Assembly: GCA_963842085.1 (NCBI GenBank)
Contig: CAWJET010000001.1
Location: 2,656,001-2,720,000, forward strand
DNA length: 64,000 bases
Direction: 5' to 3'
Source: an uncultured delta proteobacterium
Lineage (GTDB): Bacteria; Desulfobacterota; Binatia; Binatales; Binataceae
The translations under genes were made by a program, and so were the position numbers. Within the stretch, counting starts at the first letter, position 1, and every line of letters begins with the position of its first letter. Shown here in pieces: positions 10,589 through 21,134 of this stretch. The notes under the pieces are model-generated. The model was not told where the DNA came from. It did not search any database and worked only from the letters and a program-made list of their open reading frames with translations.

Positions 10589-10673
10589 TTGCGCGGCGGG
10601 CGCAATACTGTTTTGATTTTCTTTTTTGGAGAGGTTCCTTAGGGCGTGAAAGAGGCCACCCACAATCGAGCCG
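10589..10673 (+). repeat. argB upstream region and start (right island boundary)
   Basis: TTGCGCGGCGGGCGCAATACTGTTTTGATTTTCTTTTTTGGAGAGGTTC..GCGTGAAAGAGGCCACCCACAATCGAGCCG; includes the TTGCGC-N5-GCGCAA palindrome. Confidence 0.85.
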
Positions 10674-11590
10674 ACGTGCTCATCGAAGCGCTGCCGTACA
10701 TACGGCGCTTTCGCGGCAAAACGTTCGTCATCAAATACGGCGGGCACGCGATGCAGACCGAAGAGCTGCGCGAGAGCTTCGCTCGGGAAGTCGTGCTGCT
10801 CGACCTGGTCGGCATCAACCCGGTAATCGTGCACGGCGGCGGGCCGCAGATCACGGAACTGATCGGCAAGCTCGGGCTGAAATCGCGCTTCGTGCGCGGG
10901 ATGCGCGTGACCGATACGGCGACGATGGAAGCGGCCGAGATGGTGCTGCAGAGAATCAACAAGGACCTCGTCGCGACGATTTCGCGCATGGGCGGCCGCG
11001 CGGTTGGGCTCTCGGGCAAGGACGGCGACCTGATCAGGTCGCGTAAGATGCGGATGGTGGTCACCGATGACAACGGCAAGCGCTCGCGCGTCGATATCGG
11101 GCTGGTCGGCGAGGTCGATCGGGTAAATCCGGAACTGCTGCGCACGCTCGAGGCCAACAACTTCATCCCGGTGATCGCGCCGACCGGATTCGGCCGCGAC
11201 GGCCAGACTTACAACATCAACGCCGACGTCGCGGCGGGCGAGATCGCGGCGGCGCTCAAGGCGGAAAAATTGATCCTGCTGAGCGACGTCGAAGGCGTGA
11301 AGGATAAGGACGGTAAACTGCTCTCGACGCTGGACGCCGCGGAAGCAAAGCGGCTGATCGCGCGCGGGGTGATACAGGAAGGGATGATTCCGAAGGTCGA
11401 ATGTTGCATCGAGGCGCTGAACAAAGGCGTCGCGAAGACGCACATAATCGACGGCCGGAACAAGCACGCGGTGCTGCTCGAAATCTTCACCCGCTCGGGA
11501 ATCGGCACCGAAGTGGTGCAGCGCCGCGCCAAGGTGTCGGCGTTGAGCGACCCGGCGCGCAGCGCAGAGGGCGGCGGCAAAGCTCGATGA
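10646..11590 (+). CDS. argB: Acetylglutamate kinase
   Basis: [30 protein letters not shown]. Confidence 0.97.
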   Translation: MKEATHNRADVLIEALPYIRRFRGKTFVIKYGGHAMQTEELRESFAREVVLLDLVGINPVIVHGGGPQITELIGKLGLKSRFVRGMRVTDTATMEAAEMVLQRINKDLVATISRMGGRAVGLSGKDGDLIRSRKMRMVVTDDNGKRSRVDIGLVGEVDRVNPELLRTLEANNFIPVIAPTGFGRDGQTYNINADVAAGEIAAALKAEKLILLSDVEGVKDKDGKLLSTLDAAEAKRLIARGVIQEGMIPKVECCIEALNKGVAKTHIIDGRNKHAVLLEIFTRSGIGTEVVQRRAKVSALSDPARSAEGGGKAR

Positions 11591-12786
11591 ACAGTGCAGA
11601 GATCATAGAACTCACGCATCGGCACATGGTCGATGTTTACGGATGCCTGCCGCTTGCGTTCGCGCGCGGGCATGGCGCGTATCTGTATGACGCCGATGGC
11701 AACCGCTATCTCGATTTTTTTTGCGGGTTGGCGGTCACCAGTCTTGGTCACGGAAACCCCCGCGTCGTGCGCGCGATCAAGGAGCAGGCGGAAAAGCTCA
11801 CGCACGTTTCCAACGTCTTTCATACGGAGCCGACGGCGCGACTGGTCGAGCGGCTGGCGAATCGTTTCGGCGACGGAAAAGTTTTCCTGGGCAATTCGGG
11901 CGCCGAAGCCAACGAGGCCGCGATCAAGCTTGCGCGGCGATGGGGCAGCAACGCAGGCGCCGGACGCTTCGAGATTTTGACGACGCTTGGCTCGTTCCAC
12001 GGTCGCACGCTCGCCACGCTCACCGCGACCGGCCAGGAACGGTACCATCAGGGGTTCCAACCGCTGATGCCGGGCTTCAGACTGGTGCCGTTCGACGATC
12101 TCGCGGCGCTTGATCGCGCGCGGCGCGACGAAACCGTCGGCGTGATGATCGAACCGATCCAGGGCGAGGGCGGCGTCGTGGTGCCGCGCGCGGACTACCT
12201 GAAGCGAGTGCGCGACTGGTGCGATCGCAACAAGATGCTGCTGCTGCTGGACGAAGTGCAAACCGGAATGGGGCGCACCGGACGCTTCTTCGCGTACGAG
12301 CACGCCGGCATCAAGCCCGACATCGTGACGCTGGCGAAGGCGCTCGGCGGCGGGCTTCCGATCGGTGCGATGATTGCGCGGGCCGAGATCGCGTCGAGCT
12401 TCACGCCCGGCAGCCACGGCAGCACGTTCGGTGGAAATCCGGTGGCCTGCGCGGCGGCGGTCGCCGTGATCGACGCGCTCGAGCAGGACGGCGCGCTGGA
12501 GAACGCGTCGAGCGTGGGCGGCTACATCCTCGAGCGGCTCGGCAAATTTGCGCGCTCGTGCGATCGAATCGTCGAAGTTCGCGGACTCGGGATGATCATC
12601 GGCGTGGTGCTCAAGCACGACGCGCGTCCGATCGTCGAGGAGTGTCTCAAGAATCGGCTGCTCGTCAACGGCACCGCGGGCAACGTGCTGCGGCTGTTGC
12701 CGCCGCTGAACCTCACGCGCGAGGAGGCTGACGCCGGTCTCGCGATTATCGAAAATGCGCTCGAGGGCGGGCCGATTCCGAAGTGA
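11587..12786 (+). CDS. argD: Acetylornithine aminotransferase
   Basis: [31 protein letters not shown]; ATG overlaps the argB stop. Confidence 0.95.
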   Translation: MNSAEIIELTHRHMVDVYGCLPLAFARGHGAYLYDADGNRYLDFFCGLAVTSLGHGNPRVVRAIKEQAEKLTHVSNVFHTEPTARLVERLANRFGDGKVFLGNSGAEANEAAIKLARRWGSNAGAGRFEILTTLGSFHGRTLATLTATGQERYHQGFQPLMPGFRLVPFDDLAALDRARRDETVGVMIEPIQGEGGVVVPRADYLKRVRDWCDRNKMLLLLDEVQTGMGRTGRFFAYEHAGIKPDIVTLAKALGGGLPIGAMIARAEIASSFTPGSHGSTFGGNPVACAAAVAVIDALEQDGALENASSVGGYILERLGKFARSCDRIVEVRGLGMIIGVVLKHDARPIVEECLKNRLLVNGTAGNVLRLLPPLNLTREEADAGLAIIENALEGGPIPK

Positions 12787-12805
12787 GCCGCGGCGCACAC
12801 GCAAG

Positions 12806-13747
12806 ATGAAACGCGATTTCCTCGACCTCAGCTCGCTCTCGACGGCTGAACTCAACGGACTGCTGGCGCTCGGCGCGCGGCTCAAGGCCGAGCTCAAGAT
12901 CGGACTCGAGCATCCGTACCTGCGGGGCCGGACGCTCGCGATGGTATTTCAGAAGCCGTCGCTGCGGACGCGAGTCACGTTCGAGACCGGCATGGCGCAG
13001 CTTGGCGGGCATGCGATTTATCTCGCGCCGAATGATATCGGTATTGGCGAGCGCGAATCGGTGAAGGACGTCGCGCGCAACATTTCGCGGGCCGTGGATT
13101 TGATCATGATTCGCACTTTCTCGCACGAGACCGCGGTCGAGCTTGCGCGCGAGGCCACGGTGCCGGTCATCAATGGGCTCACTGATTTGCTGCATCCGTG
13201 CCAGTTGCTCGCCGATCTGATGACGCTGCAGGAGCGCTTCGGGCGCGACCTCAGGAAAGTCCGCGTCGCGTTCGTGGGCGATGGCTTCAACCTGGCGCAG
13301 AGCTGGATCGAGGCGGCGTCGCTTGCGGGTTTTGAGCTGCGGCTGGCCTGCCCGAAAGGTTACGAGCCGGAGAAGGCGTACATGAATCGGATGCGCAACG
13401 AGGAAATCGGCACGCTGACCGACGATCCGGCCGAGGCGGTCAAGGACGCGGACGCCGTTTACACCGACACCTGGACTTCGATGGGGCGTGAGAAGGAAGC
13501 GGTGCAGCGACGTCGCGACTTCAAGGGGTTCCAGGTCAACGATGCGCTGCTGAAGAATGCGCGCAAGGGCGCGATTGTGATGCATTGCCTGCCGGCGCAT
13601 CGCGGGGAGGAAATTACCGACGAAGTGATCGACGGACCGCGTTCGGTGGTGCTCGATCAAGCAGAGAACCGGCTGCATGCGCAGAAAGCCGTGATGGTCT
13701 GGCTGATTCGGCCTGAAATTTTGCAGACTTCGCCGTCGCCGGGGTGA
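12806..13747 (+). CDS. argF: Ornithine carbamoyltransferase
   Basis: SLRTR, HPCQ, DTWTSMG, HCLP. Confidence 0.96.
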   Translation: MKRDFLDLSSLSTAELNGLLALGARLKAELKIGLEHPYLRGRTLAMVFQKPSLRTRVTFETGMAQLGGHAIYLAPNDIGIGERESVKDVARNISRAVDLIMIRTFSHETAVELAREATVPVINGLTDLLHPCQLLADLMTLQERFGRDLRKVRVAFVGDGFNLAQSWIEAASLAGFELRLACPKGYEPEKAYMNRMRNEEIGTLTDDPAEAVKDADAVYTDTWTSMGREKEAVQRRRDFKGFQVNDALLKNARKGAIVMHCLPAHRGEEITDEVIDGPRSVVLDQAENRLHAQKAVMVWLIRPEILQTSPSPG

Positions 13748-13760
13748 CGGTCCAAAAATC

Positions 13761-14981
13761 GTGGCTACCGAGAAGATAAAAAAACTGGTGCTTGCCTATT
13801 CGGGCGGACTGGACACGTCGGTGATCCTGCGCTGGATCAAGGATCAGTTCGAATGCGAGGTGATCGCATACTGCGCCGACGTCGGCCAGGGCGACGAGAC
13901 CGAGGGCCTGGAAGAGAAGGCGCTCCAGACCGGCGCGAGCAAACTTTATGTCGTCGATCTGCGCGAGGAATTCGCGCGCGACTTCGTGTTCCCGATGATG
14001 CGCGCGAATGCCGTGTACGAGGGTTACTACCTGCTCGGCACGTCGATCGCGCGGCCGGTGATCGCCAAGAAGCTGGTCGAGATAGCCCGCGAGGAAGGTG
14101 CCGACGCTGTCGCTCACGGCTCGACCGGCAAAGGCAACGACCAGGTGCGATACGAGTTGACGATCGCGCGCCTCGCGCCGGATCTGAAAATCATCGCGCC
14201 GTGGCGCCGAACCGATTGGCCGTTCGTAGGCCGCGCGGACATGATCGCATACGCCAACGAGAAGAAAATTCCCGTGTCGGTTACCGCCGAGAAGCCGTAC
14301 TCGATGGATCGCAACCTGGTTCACGTCAGCTACGAGGGCGGTATCCTCGAGGACCCGTGGCGCGAGCCGTACAACGACATGTTCCGCCTCACTGTTTCCC
14401 CGGAAGACGCGCCCGACAAGGCGGAATACGTCGAGATTGAATACGCCGGCGGCAATCCGGTCGCCATTAACGGCGAGCGGCTCGCACCCGCGAGGATTAT
14501 CGAGCGCGCCAACCAAATCGCCGGACGCCATGGGATCGGCCGTGTCGATCTGGTGGAGAACCGCTACGTCGGGATTAAATCGCGCGGAGTCTACGAGACT
14601 CCCGGCGTGACGATCCTCTTCCACGGGCATCGCGCGGTTGAGCAGCTCACGCTTGATCGCGAGGTGATGCATCTGCGCGACTCGCTTATCTCGCGCTACG
14701 CGGAAATGGTGTATTACGGATACTGGTTTGCGCCCGAGCGTGAGGCGCTGCAGGCGCTGGTGGACGATACGCAGAAAAACGTGAGCGGAGTTGCGCGGCT
14801 GAAGCTCTTCAAGGGCGGAGTGTGGATCGCCGGACGCAAATCGCCCAACTCGCTGTATGATCCGAAGATCGCGAGCTTCGAGGAAGCGGGCGGGTACAAC
14901 CAGGCCGACGCCGACGGATTCATCAGGCTCGCGGGAGTGCGGCTGCGGGCGCTGGCGCGTGCGAGCACGAAGGGCGGATAG
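13761..14981 (+). CDS. argG: Argininosuccinate synthase
   Basis: [31 protein letters not shown]. Confidence 0.98.
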   Translation: MATEKIKKLVLAYSGGLDTSVILRWIKDQFECEVIAYCADVGQGDETEGLEEKALQTGASKLYVVDLREEFARDFVFPMMRANAVYEGYYLLGTSIARPVIAKKLVEIAREEGADAVAHGSTGKGNDQVRYELTIARLAPDLKIIAPWRRTDWPFVGRADMIAYANEKKIPVSVTAEKPYSMDRNLVHVSYEGGILEDPWREPYNDMFRLTVSPEDAPDKAEYVEIEYAGGNPVAINGERLAPARIIERANQIAGRHGIGRVDLVENRYVGIKSRGVYETPGVTILFHGHRAVEQLTLDREVMHLRDSLISRYAEMVYYGYWFAPEREALQALVDDTQKNVSGVARLKLFKGGVWIAGRKSPNSLYDPKIASFEEAGGYNQADADGFIRLAGVRLRALARASTKGG

Positions 14982-14983
14982 AG

Positions 14984-15160
14984 TTGGGCAAGGTCATCCA
15001 GTTCAAGCCGCCGCGAACACAGCCCAAGCTGGTGCCCCGTCAGCGCACGGGAGACTGCGCTCACTGCCATCACAAGATGGACGTCCACATCACCCATCCC
15101 GACGGCTCGATGAGTTGTGCGGCACGCGGATGTTCCTGCCAGTTGCGGCCGGTCAATTGA
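14984..15160 (+). CDS. 58-aa Cys/His-rich putative metal-binding small protein
   Basis: Manual translation from TTG, 2 nt after the argG stop: MGKVIQFKPPRTQPKLVPRQRTGDCAHCHHKMDVHITHPDGSMSCAARGCSCQLRPVN*. Host-like codon usage; below the ORF-track length cutoff. Confidence 0.7.
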   Translation: MGKVIQFKPPRTQPKLVPRQRTGDCAHCHHKMDVHITHPDGSMSCAARGCSCQLRPVN

Positions 15161-15202
15161 TTCGCGCGTCGCGAACTACTCCGCTCGCGGAACAGTGAAA
15201 AA

Positions 15203-16585
15203 GTGAAAGGGCGTCGCAGCCAGAAAAATCTCATACGCGGAAGATTTGCGCGCAGCCGCCCGCCCGAGGTCGAAGCCTTCACCGCGTCGTTGCCCTTCGA
15301 TCGGCGGCTCTTTCGCCATGACATTCGCGGGTCGATCGCGCATGCGCGGATGCTGGCGAAGGTTGGACTGCTCAAGGCGGGCGAGTTGCGTACGATCGTC
15401 GGCGGACTCGAGCGCATCGAGAGTGACATCGCTGATGGACGCTTTAAGTTCGATATAGCCGACGAAGACATCCACCTGGCGATCGAGCGCCGGCTGATTG
15501 CGCTGATTGGAGAGCCGGGGCGCAAGCTCCACACCGGGCGTTCGCGCAACGATCAGGTCGCGCTCGATATGCGGCTCTATCTTCGCGACGAGATTGCCGG
15601 CGTGATCGCGCTGGTCGCGGGGCTTCGCGCCGCGCTGATTCGGCTCGCGCAGCGCCACGTCGCCACCATCATGCCCGGCTACACGCATTTGCAGCGGGCG
15701 CAGCCGGTCACGCTTGCGCACCATCTGCTGGCCTACGTCGAGATGCTTGGCCGCGATCGCGAGCGTTTCGAGCAGGCTGCGGCGCGCACCGCGATCATGC
15801 CGCTCGGCGCGGGCGCTCTCGCGGGCACGACGCTGCCGCTGGATCGCCGGATGGTCGCGCGGGCGTTGGGGTTCAAGTCGATCACCGCCAACAGCATGGA
15901 TGCGGTGTCGGATCGCGACTTCGTGGTGGATTTTCTTTCGGCCGCCGCGCTCACGCAGGTGCATCTGTCGCGCATGAGCGAGGAAATCATTCTCTGGACA
16001 AGCACGGAGTTCGGCTTCGCGACGCTGCCCGATGAATTTTCGACCGGCAGCTCGATGATGCCGCAGAAGAAGAATCCCGATCTGCTCGAACTGATCCGCG
16101 GCAAGACCGGCCGCGTGATTGGCGACCTGGTCGCGACGCTGACGGTGTTGAAGGGCCTGCCGCTGGCCTATAACTCGGACTTGCAAGAAGACAAGGAGCG
16201 TGTGTTCGACGCGCTCGACGCGCTCAAGCCCGCGCTCGATCTGCTGGCGAAACTTTGGCCGATGCTGCGGTTCGACGCGAAGCGCATGCGAGCGGCGGCG
16301 GGAGGATTTGCGCTGGCCACCGATCTCGCGGAATATCTGGTCGGTCGCGGCACGCCGTTTCGCCAGGCGCATGAAATCGTCGGCGCACTAGTCCGTGAGA
16401 CGGTCGAAGCGGGCAAGACGCTTGAGGACCTGGACCTCGGGGAGTTGCGACAGCACTCCAGCGCATTCGGCGCCGACGCGATCGCGATTCTTCGCGCCGA
16501 GAACTCGGTCGCCCGGCGCACGATCGAAGGCGGTCCGGCGCCGTCCGCAGTCAAGCGCCGCCTCAAGGAGCTGCGCCGTCGATGA
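15203..16585 (+). CDS. argH: Argininosuccinate lyase
   Basis: HTGRSRNDQ, PGYTHLQ, GSSMMPQKKNPD. Confidence 0.98.
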   Translation: MKGRRSQKNLIRGRFARSRPPEVEAFTASLPFDRRLFRHDIRGSIAHARMLAKVGLLKAGELRTIVGGLERIESDIADGRFKFDIADEDIHLAIERRLIALIGEPGRKLHTGRSRNDQVALDMRLYLRDEIAGVIALVAGLRAALIRLAQRHVATIMPGYTHLQRAQPVTLAHHLLAYVEMLGRDRERFEQAAARTAIMPLGAGALAGTTLPLDRRMVARALGFKSITANSMDAVSDRDFVVDFLSAAALTQVHLSRMSEEIILWTSTEFGFATLPDEFSTGSSMMPQKKNPDLLELIRGKTGRVIGDLVATLTVLKGLPLAYNSDLQEDKERVFDALDALKPALDLLAKLWPMLRFDAKRMRAAAGGFALATDLAEYLVGRGTPFRQAHEIVGALVRETVEAGKTLEDLDLGELRQHSSAFGADAIAILRAENSVARRTIEGGPAPSAVKRRLKELRRR

Positions 16586-17088
16586 ATCGGGAAACCAACC
16601 GTGCCAGGTGCCTGACCTTAGTGCTCATGATTGCTGCGCTTGCAAACGTGGTGTTCCTCGGGTGCGGCGTGAAGTCATCGCCAATACCGCCGGAGGCGGC
16701 GCGTCCCGAGAAAATCCTCTCGCTTGAAGCGATGAATGTGAAAGATGGAATTCGGCTGACCTGGGATCGCCCCGAAACTTACGCCGGCGGCCAAAAGATG
16801 CGCGACCTGGGCAGCTTCTCAATCACGCGCGTCCGAGAGGGCCAGCCGGTCGAGAAGATCGCCGACATCGAGGTGCATGACGAAGGGCGCTTCCAGGTGC
16901 AACGCACCTTTGCGTTCATCGACGGCTCAACAATCATGGGCAAGACCTATCATTACCAAGTGACTTCCAGCACCACCGACGGCTACGTCAGCGAGCCGTC
17001 GAACGATGTGACGATCGTGCGCAGGTCTCCATCGGCCCCGCCGAACCCGGAAACCTTCGTAGTGCCGACGCCAGTACCGCTTCGATAA
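16582..17088 (+). CDS. Lipoprotein with FN3-like beta domain
   Basis: Lipobox FLGC followed by GVKSSPIPPE; LTW ... YHYQV ... SEPSN pattern typical of FN3 domains. Confidence 0.75.
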   Translation: MNRETNRARCLTLVLMIAALANVVFLGCGVKSSPIPPEAARPEKILSLEAMNVKDGIRLTWDRPETYAGGQKMRDLGSFSITRVREGQPVEKIADIEVHDEGRFQVQRTFAFIDGSTIMGKTYHYQVTSSTTDGYVSEPSNDVTIVRRSPSAPPNPETFVVPTPVPLR

Positions 17089-17221
17089 CCGCGGGGTAGC
17101 GAGCGGGTTTGCGGCGAGTGATCGTTTATTCGCCGGGCTCCGCTATGATAGAAACGAACCTTCGCCCAATTGCACCGCTGTCGAGTGGGTGAAGCAGCCG
17201 CGTGACCGACGCCACATCGCA

Positions 17222-18481
17222 ATGAACTACTTCGAATACCGCAACGATCAGCTTTATGCGGAGGACGTGCCGATCGCCGATTTGGCGCGGCGGATCAACA
17301 CGCCGCTTTTCGTCTACAGCGCGCGCACGCTCAGGCGCCATTTCCGGGTTTTCGACGAGGCTTTCGCCGGCACCGACCACCTAATCTGCTACGCGATGAA
17401 GGCGCTCTCCAATCTCAGCATCCTGAAGTTGTTCGCCTCGATGGGTGCGGGATTCGATATAGTCTCCGTCGGCGAGCTGATGCGAGGCCTGCGCATCGGT
17501 GCGGACCCTCGCAAGATCGTGTTCTCCGGCGTCGGCAAGACCGACGAGGAGATCGCGGCCGCGCTCGAAGCCGGCATCCTGATGATCAACGTCGAGTCGC
17601 GCCCGGAACTGCATCGCATAGCCGAGGTCGCGGGACGGATGAAGCGCCGCGCTCCGGTCAGCCTGCGCGTGAATCCCGATCTCGACCCGGGCACGCATCC
17701 ACACATTTCCACCGGCCATCGTGACAGCAAGTTTGGCGTACCGCTCTCGCAGGTCGACGAATATTACGCAGAAGCGAGCGCGCTGGCGCAGCTTGAAATC
17801 GTCGGTCTGAGCACGCATATCGGCTCGCAGATAACCGAGATGGCGCCGTTTGCCGAAGCAGGACAGAAAGTTGCGGCGATTGTCGGGCGGCTCCGCAGCG
17901 CGGGAATCGCGCTCAAGTACCTGGATCTCGGCGGCGGTCTCGGAATCCCCTACCAGGAGCAGCCGCCGCTACCCTCGGAATACGCGCGCGCTCTGCTGAA
18001 GCCGATCGCGGGTCTTGGGCTCAAGATAATCACCGAGCCGGGACGCGTGATCGTCGGCAACGCAGGCGTGCTGGTGACGCGAGTCCTCTATAACAAGCAA
18101 ACCGACGTGAAGCGCTTCGTCGTGATCGACGGCGCGATGAACGACTTGATTCGGCCCGTGCTTTACGAGGCCTATCACTCGATCGTTCCTGTCGACCGCC
18201 GCAAGCCCGGCAAGACCGTGACGGCGGATATCGTCGGTCCGGTTTGCGAAAGCGGCGATTTCTTTGCGCGCGAGCGCGAGATGGCTGAGCCCGCGGAGGG
18301 CGACCTGCTGGCGGTGATGAGCGCCGGCGCTTATGGGTTCGTCATGTCGTCGAACTACAATAGCCGGCCGCGCGCGCCCGAGATCCTGGTCGACGGCGCC
18401 GACGTGCACGTGATTCGCGAGCGCGAGAGTTTCGAGGATCTGGTCCGCGGCGAGCATATCGTTGAACTCAAGCCGGCGTGA
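17222..18481 (+). CDS. lysA: Diaminopimelate decarboxylase
   Basis: YAMKA (PLP Lys), HIGSQ, GGG, EPGR, GPVCESGD, SNYNSRPR. Confidence 0.97.
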   Translation: MNYFEYRNDQLYAEDVPIADLARRINTPLFVYSARTLRRHFRVFDEAFAGTDHLICYAMKALSNLSILKLFASMGAGFDIVSVGELMRGLRIGADPRKIVFSGVGKTDEEIAAALEAGILMINVESRPELHRIAEVAGRMKRRAPVSLRVNPDLDPGTHPHISTGHRDSKFGVPLSQVDEYYAEASALAQLEIVGLSTHIGSQITEMAPFAEAGQKVAAIVGRLRSAGIALKYLDLGGGLGIPYQEQPPLPSEYARALLKPIAGLGLKIITEPGRVIVGNAGVLVTRVLYNKQTDVKRFVVIDGAMNDLIRPVLYEAYHSIVPVDRRKPGKTVTADIVGPVCESGDFFAREREMAEPAEGDLLAVMSAGAYGFVMSSNYNSRPRAPEILVDGADVHVIRERESFEDLVRGEHIVELKPA

Positions 18482-18496
18482 GAGCGCGTAAACGCG

Positions 18497-19387
18497 ATGG
18501 CAACGCTCGAATTCACCAAGATGCACGGCTGCGGCAACGACTACATCTACATCGTCGCAATGCGCGCGCGTCCCGCCGATCCGTCCGCGCTCTCGGTCAG
18601 GCTATCCAACCGCCACTTTGGCGTAGGCGGCGACGGGCTGATCATGTTAGCGCCGTCACGCAACGCCGACATACGAATGGAGATGTACAATGCGGACGGC
18701 AGCCGCGGCGACATGTGCGGCAACGGAATCCGATGCCTGGCGCGGCTCGCCTTCGAGCGGGGTCTCGTGCGCGCGAATCCGATGGTGGTGGAGACTGACG
18801 CCGGGCTCAAGACGGTCGAGCTGCGGCTGGAAGGCCGCCGCGTGACCGGCGCGACGGTCGATATGGGCGAGCCGATTCTCGAAGGCCGCGACATCCCGGT
18901 CAATGCCGACGGCCGAATCATAGACTATCCGCTCGAGGTCGCAGGCAGGAGCGAGCCGATCACGGCGGTCTCGATGGGCAATCCGCATTGCGTTGTGTTC
19001 GTCGCCGATGATGGCGTATTCAAGATGCAGGATCGCGATTTCGCGGAGCTCGGCCGCCAGTTTGAGCATCATCCGTTCTTTCCCCGCCGGGTGAATACCG
19101 AGTTCATCCGAGCAGTCTCGCGGCGCAACCTCAAGATGCGGGTGTGGGAGCGCGGCTCGGGTGAGACCTGGGCTTGCGGCACCGGAGCGTGCGCGGCGCT
19201 GGTCGCCGCGGTGCTGACAGATCACACCGAGCGGACTGCGACGGTAGAGCTGCGCGGCGGCAATCTTGAAATCGAATGGCGCGCCGATGGAGCCGATGCG
19301 AATCACGTTTTCATGACGGGCAACGCAGTTGAGGTTTTTCGCGGCGAGATCGAGCTGGGCGCCGACGAGATGGTCCCGGTGAAATGA
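18497..19387 (+). CDS. dapF: Diaminopimelate epimerase
   Basis: KMHGCGND, NADGS..MCGNG, GNPH, ERGSGETWACGTG. Confidence 0.97.
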   Translation: MATLEFTKMHGCGNDYIYIVAMRARPADPSALSVRLSNRHFGVGGDGLIMLAPSRNADIRMEMYNADGSRGDMCGNGIRCLARLAFERGLVRANPMVVETDAGLKTVELRLEGRRVTGATVDMGEPILEGRDIPVNADGRIIDYPLEVAGRSEPITAVSMGNPHCVVFVADDGVFKMQDRDFAELGRQFEHHPFFPRRVNTEFIRAVSRRNLKMRVWERGSGETWACGTGACAALVAAVLTDHTERTATVELRGGNLEIEWRADGADANHVFMTGNAVEVFRGEIELGADEMVPVK

Positions 19388-19409
19388 ACAAGGCGGGAGG
19401 CTTCGGACG

Positions 19410-20282
19410 ATGTTCTCAGGTGCAATAACTGCTCTCGTCACGCCGTTTCGCGACGGCGAGGTGGACGCGCCGGCATTGCGCGACCTGATAGAATGGCAAA
19501 TTCAGAGCGGAATCGGCGGACTGGTCCCGTGCGGCTCGACCGGGGAATCCGCCACCCTCACGCACGCCGAGCACGACAGCGTGATCAAGCTCACAATCGA
19601 GCAGGTGCGCAAGCGCGTCCCGGTGATCGCGGGCACCGGCTCGAACTCGACCGCGGAAGCGATTCGGCTGACGGTGGCCGCGCGCGAGATGGGCGCGGAC
19701 GGCGCGCTGCTGCTTTCGCCCTACTACAACAAGCCCACCCAGGACGGCATCTACCGGCACTACAAGACGATCGCGGCCAGCGTGGATATCCCGCTGTTTG
19801 TGTACAACATCCCCGGCCGCACGGCCTCGAACATCGCGCCGGAAACGGTGGCCCGGCTCGCTGAAATCAAGAACATCGTCGGCATCAAGGAAGCGTCAGG
19901 CTCGATGGATCAGTCGTCGGACATCCTGAAGCTGTGCGGCGATCGGATAACGATTCTGTCCGGCGACGACGCGCTCACACTGCCGCTGATCGCGCTCGGT
20001 GCCAAGGGCGTGATCTCGACGTGCAGCAACGTAGTCCCGCGCGAGATGCACGATCTTGCGGCAGCCGCGCTAGCCGGGGATTTCGCCAAGGCGCGCGAGA
20101 TCCATTTCCGCTTGCTGCCGCTGATGCGCGCGTTGTTCGTCGAAACCAACCCGATTCCCGTCAAGCAGGCGCTCGCATTCATGGGCAAGTGCGCCAACGA
20201 GTTGCGGATGCCGCTGGTACCGATGACCGCAGGTCCCGCCGAGAAGCTGCGCATCGCGATGAAGGAACTCCGCCTCGTCTAA
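19410..20282 (+). CDS. dapA: 4-hydroxy-tetrahydrodipicolinate synthase
   Basis: GSTGES, PYYNKP, YNIPGRT, GIKEASG, NPIPVK. Confidence 0.97.
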   Translation: MFSGAITALVTPFRDGEVDAPALRDLIEWQIQSGIGGLVPCGSTGESATLTHAEHDSVIKLTIEQVRKRVPVIAGTGSNSTAEAIRLTVAAREMGADGALLLSPYYNKPTQDGIYRHYKTIAASVDIPLFVYNIPGRTASNIAPETVARLAEIKNIVGIKEASGSMDQSSDILKLCGDRITILSGDDALTLPLIALGAKGVISTCSNVVPREMHDLAAAALAGDFAKAREIHFRLLPLMRALFVETNPIPVKQALAFMGKCANELRMPLVPMTAGPAEKLRIAMKELRLV

Positions 20283-20296
20283 TCGGTGATCGACTT

Positions 20297-21094
20297 ATGG
20301 CTGATCCCTACTACAAGCAGCACTGGGTCGATATCGACTCCGAGCGCCACAGTGCGTACGACAAGATCCTTGCGTTTCATCCCGCGATGGAACCGCTGCT
20401 GCGTCCGCTCGAGCTCAAAGCGGGTCTGCGCGTGCTCGATGTTGGCTCCGGACCCGGCCACACCACGCTCGAACTTGCGCGGCGCGTGACCCCCGGCGGC
20501 AAAGTGACCGGGGTGGATATCAACGGCGAGTTCGTCGAGCGATCCGGCGCTCGCGCGCGCGAGGCAAAGCTGGCTGCGGAGTTCGTGCAAAGCGCCTTTC
20601 CGCCGCTGCCGTTCCCGGACGCTTCGTTCGACCGCGTCTGGTGCAAAAATGTTCTTGAGTATGTCGATTCCGCCGCCGATACTGTGGCTGAAATGGCGCG
20701 GGTGGCTGCGCCGGGCGGCGTGGTTGTCGCGGTCGATAGCGACTGGGACATGCTCGCGCTCGACATTGGTTCCGCGGCGCGCGAACGCAGCGACCGAATC
20801 CTCGCGGCGTCGAACGCAATAGCGATCAGGGAGCCGCAGATTGGACGCCAGCTCTATCGGCTGTTCCGCGCGGCGGGGCTTGGCGATGTAAAAGTCGAGA
20901 TTCACTCCCGCGCGGACACGGCCGGGCGCTCGCTGCCTATGCTGAAGGCCAGCTTCGCGCGGTATGCGCGCGACTCCGGCAAGATCGCGGATGCCGAGGT
21001 CGAGCGATGGTTCGGCGACATCGATCGCGCCGTCGCGAGCGGGTCGTTTCTGTTCGTCTTGCCGCAGTTCGTGGCGCGCGGAATCAGGAACTAA
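20297..21094 (+). CDS. Class I SAM-dependent methyltransferase
   Basis: VLDVGSGPG, LPFPDASFD. Confidence 0.85.
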   Translation: MADPYYKQHWVDIDSERHSAYDKILAFHPAMEPLLRPLELKAGLRVLDVGSGPGHTTLELARRVTPGGKVTGVDINGEFVERSGARAREAKLAAEFVQSAFPPLPFPDASFDRVWCKNVLEYVDSAADTVAEMARVAAPGGVVVAVDSDWDMLALDIGSAARERSDRILAASNAIAIREPQIGRQLYRLFRAAGLGDVKVEIHSRADTAGRSLPMLKASFARYARDSGKIADAEVERWFGDIDRAVASGSFLFVLPQFVARGIRN

Positions 21095-21134
21095 ATCCGG
21101 GTGCGAGCGTGCGCATCTTACGGGAGAAAACTGG

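Larger units (their letters stand above)
8362..10673. mobile_element. Small decayed genomic island between hslU and argB
   Basis: Flanking direct repeats, an integrase remnant, visibly AT-richer cargo ORFs, and interruption of the hslU-argB run. Confidence 0.65.

Noticed and set aside
15056-15070. c-type cytochrome call for the CAHCH motif
   Set aside because: No export signal, and additional Cys/His residues favour a cytoplasmic metal-binding fold.
17089-17221. Lysine riboswitch upstream of lysA
   Set aside because: The spacer is only ~130 bp and lacks the AGAGGUGC/kink-turn signature; only a small hairpin is present.
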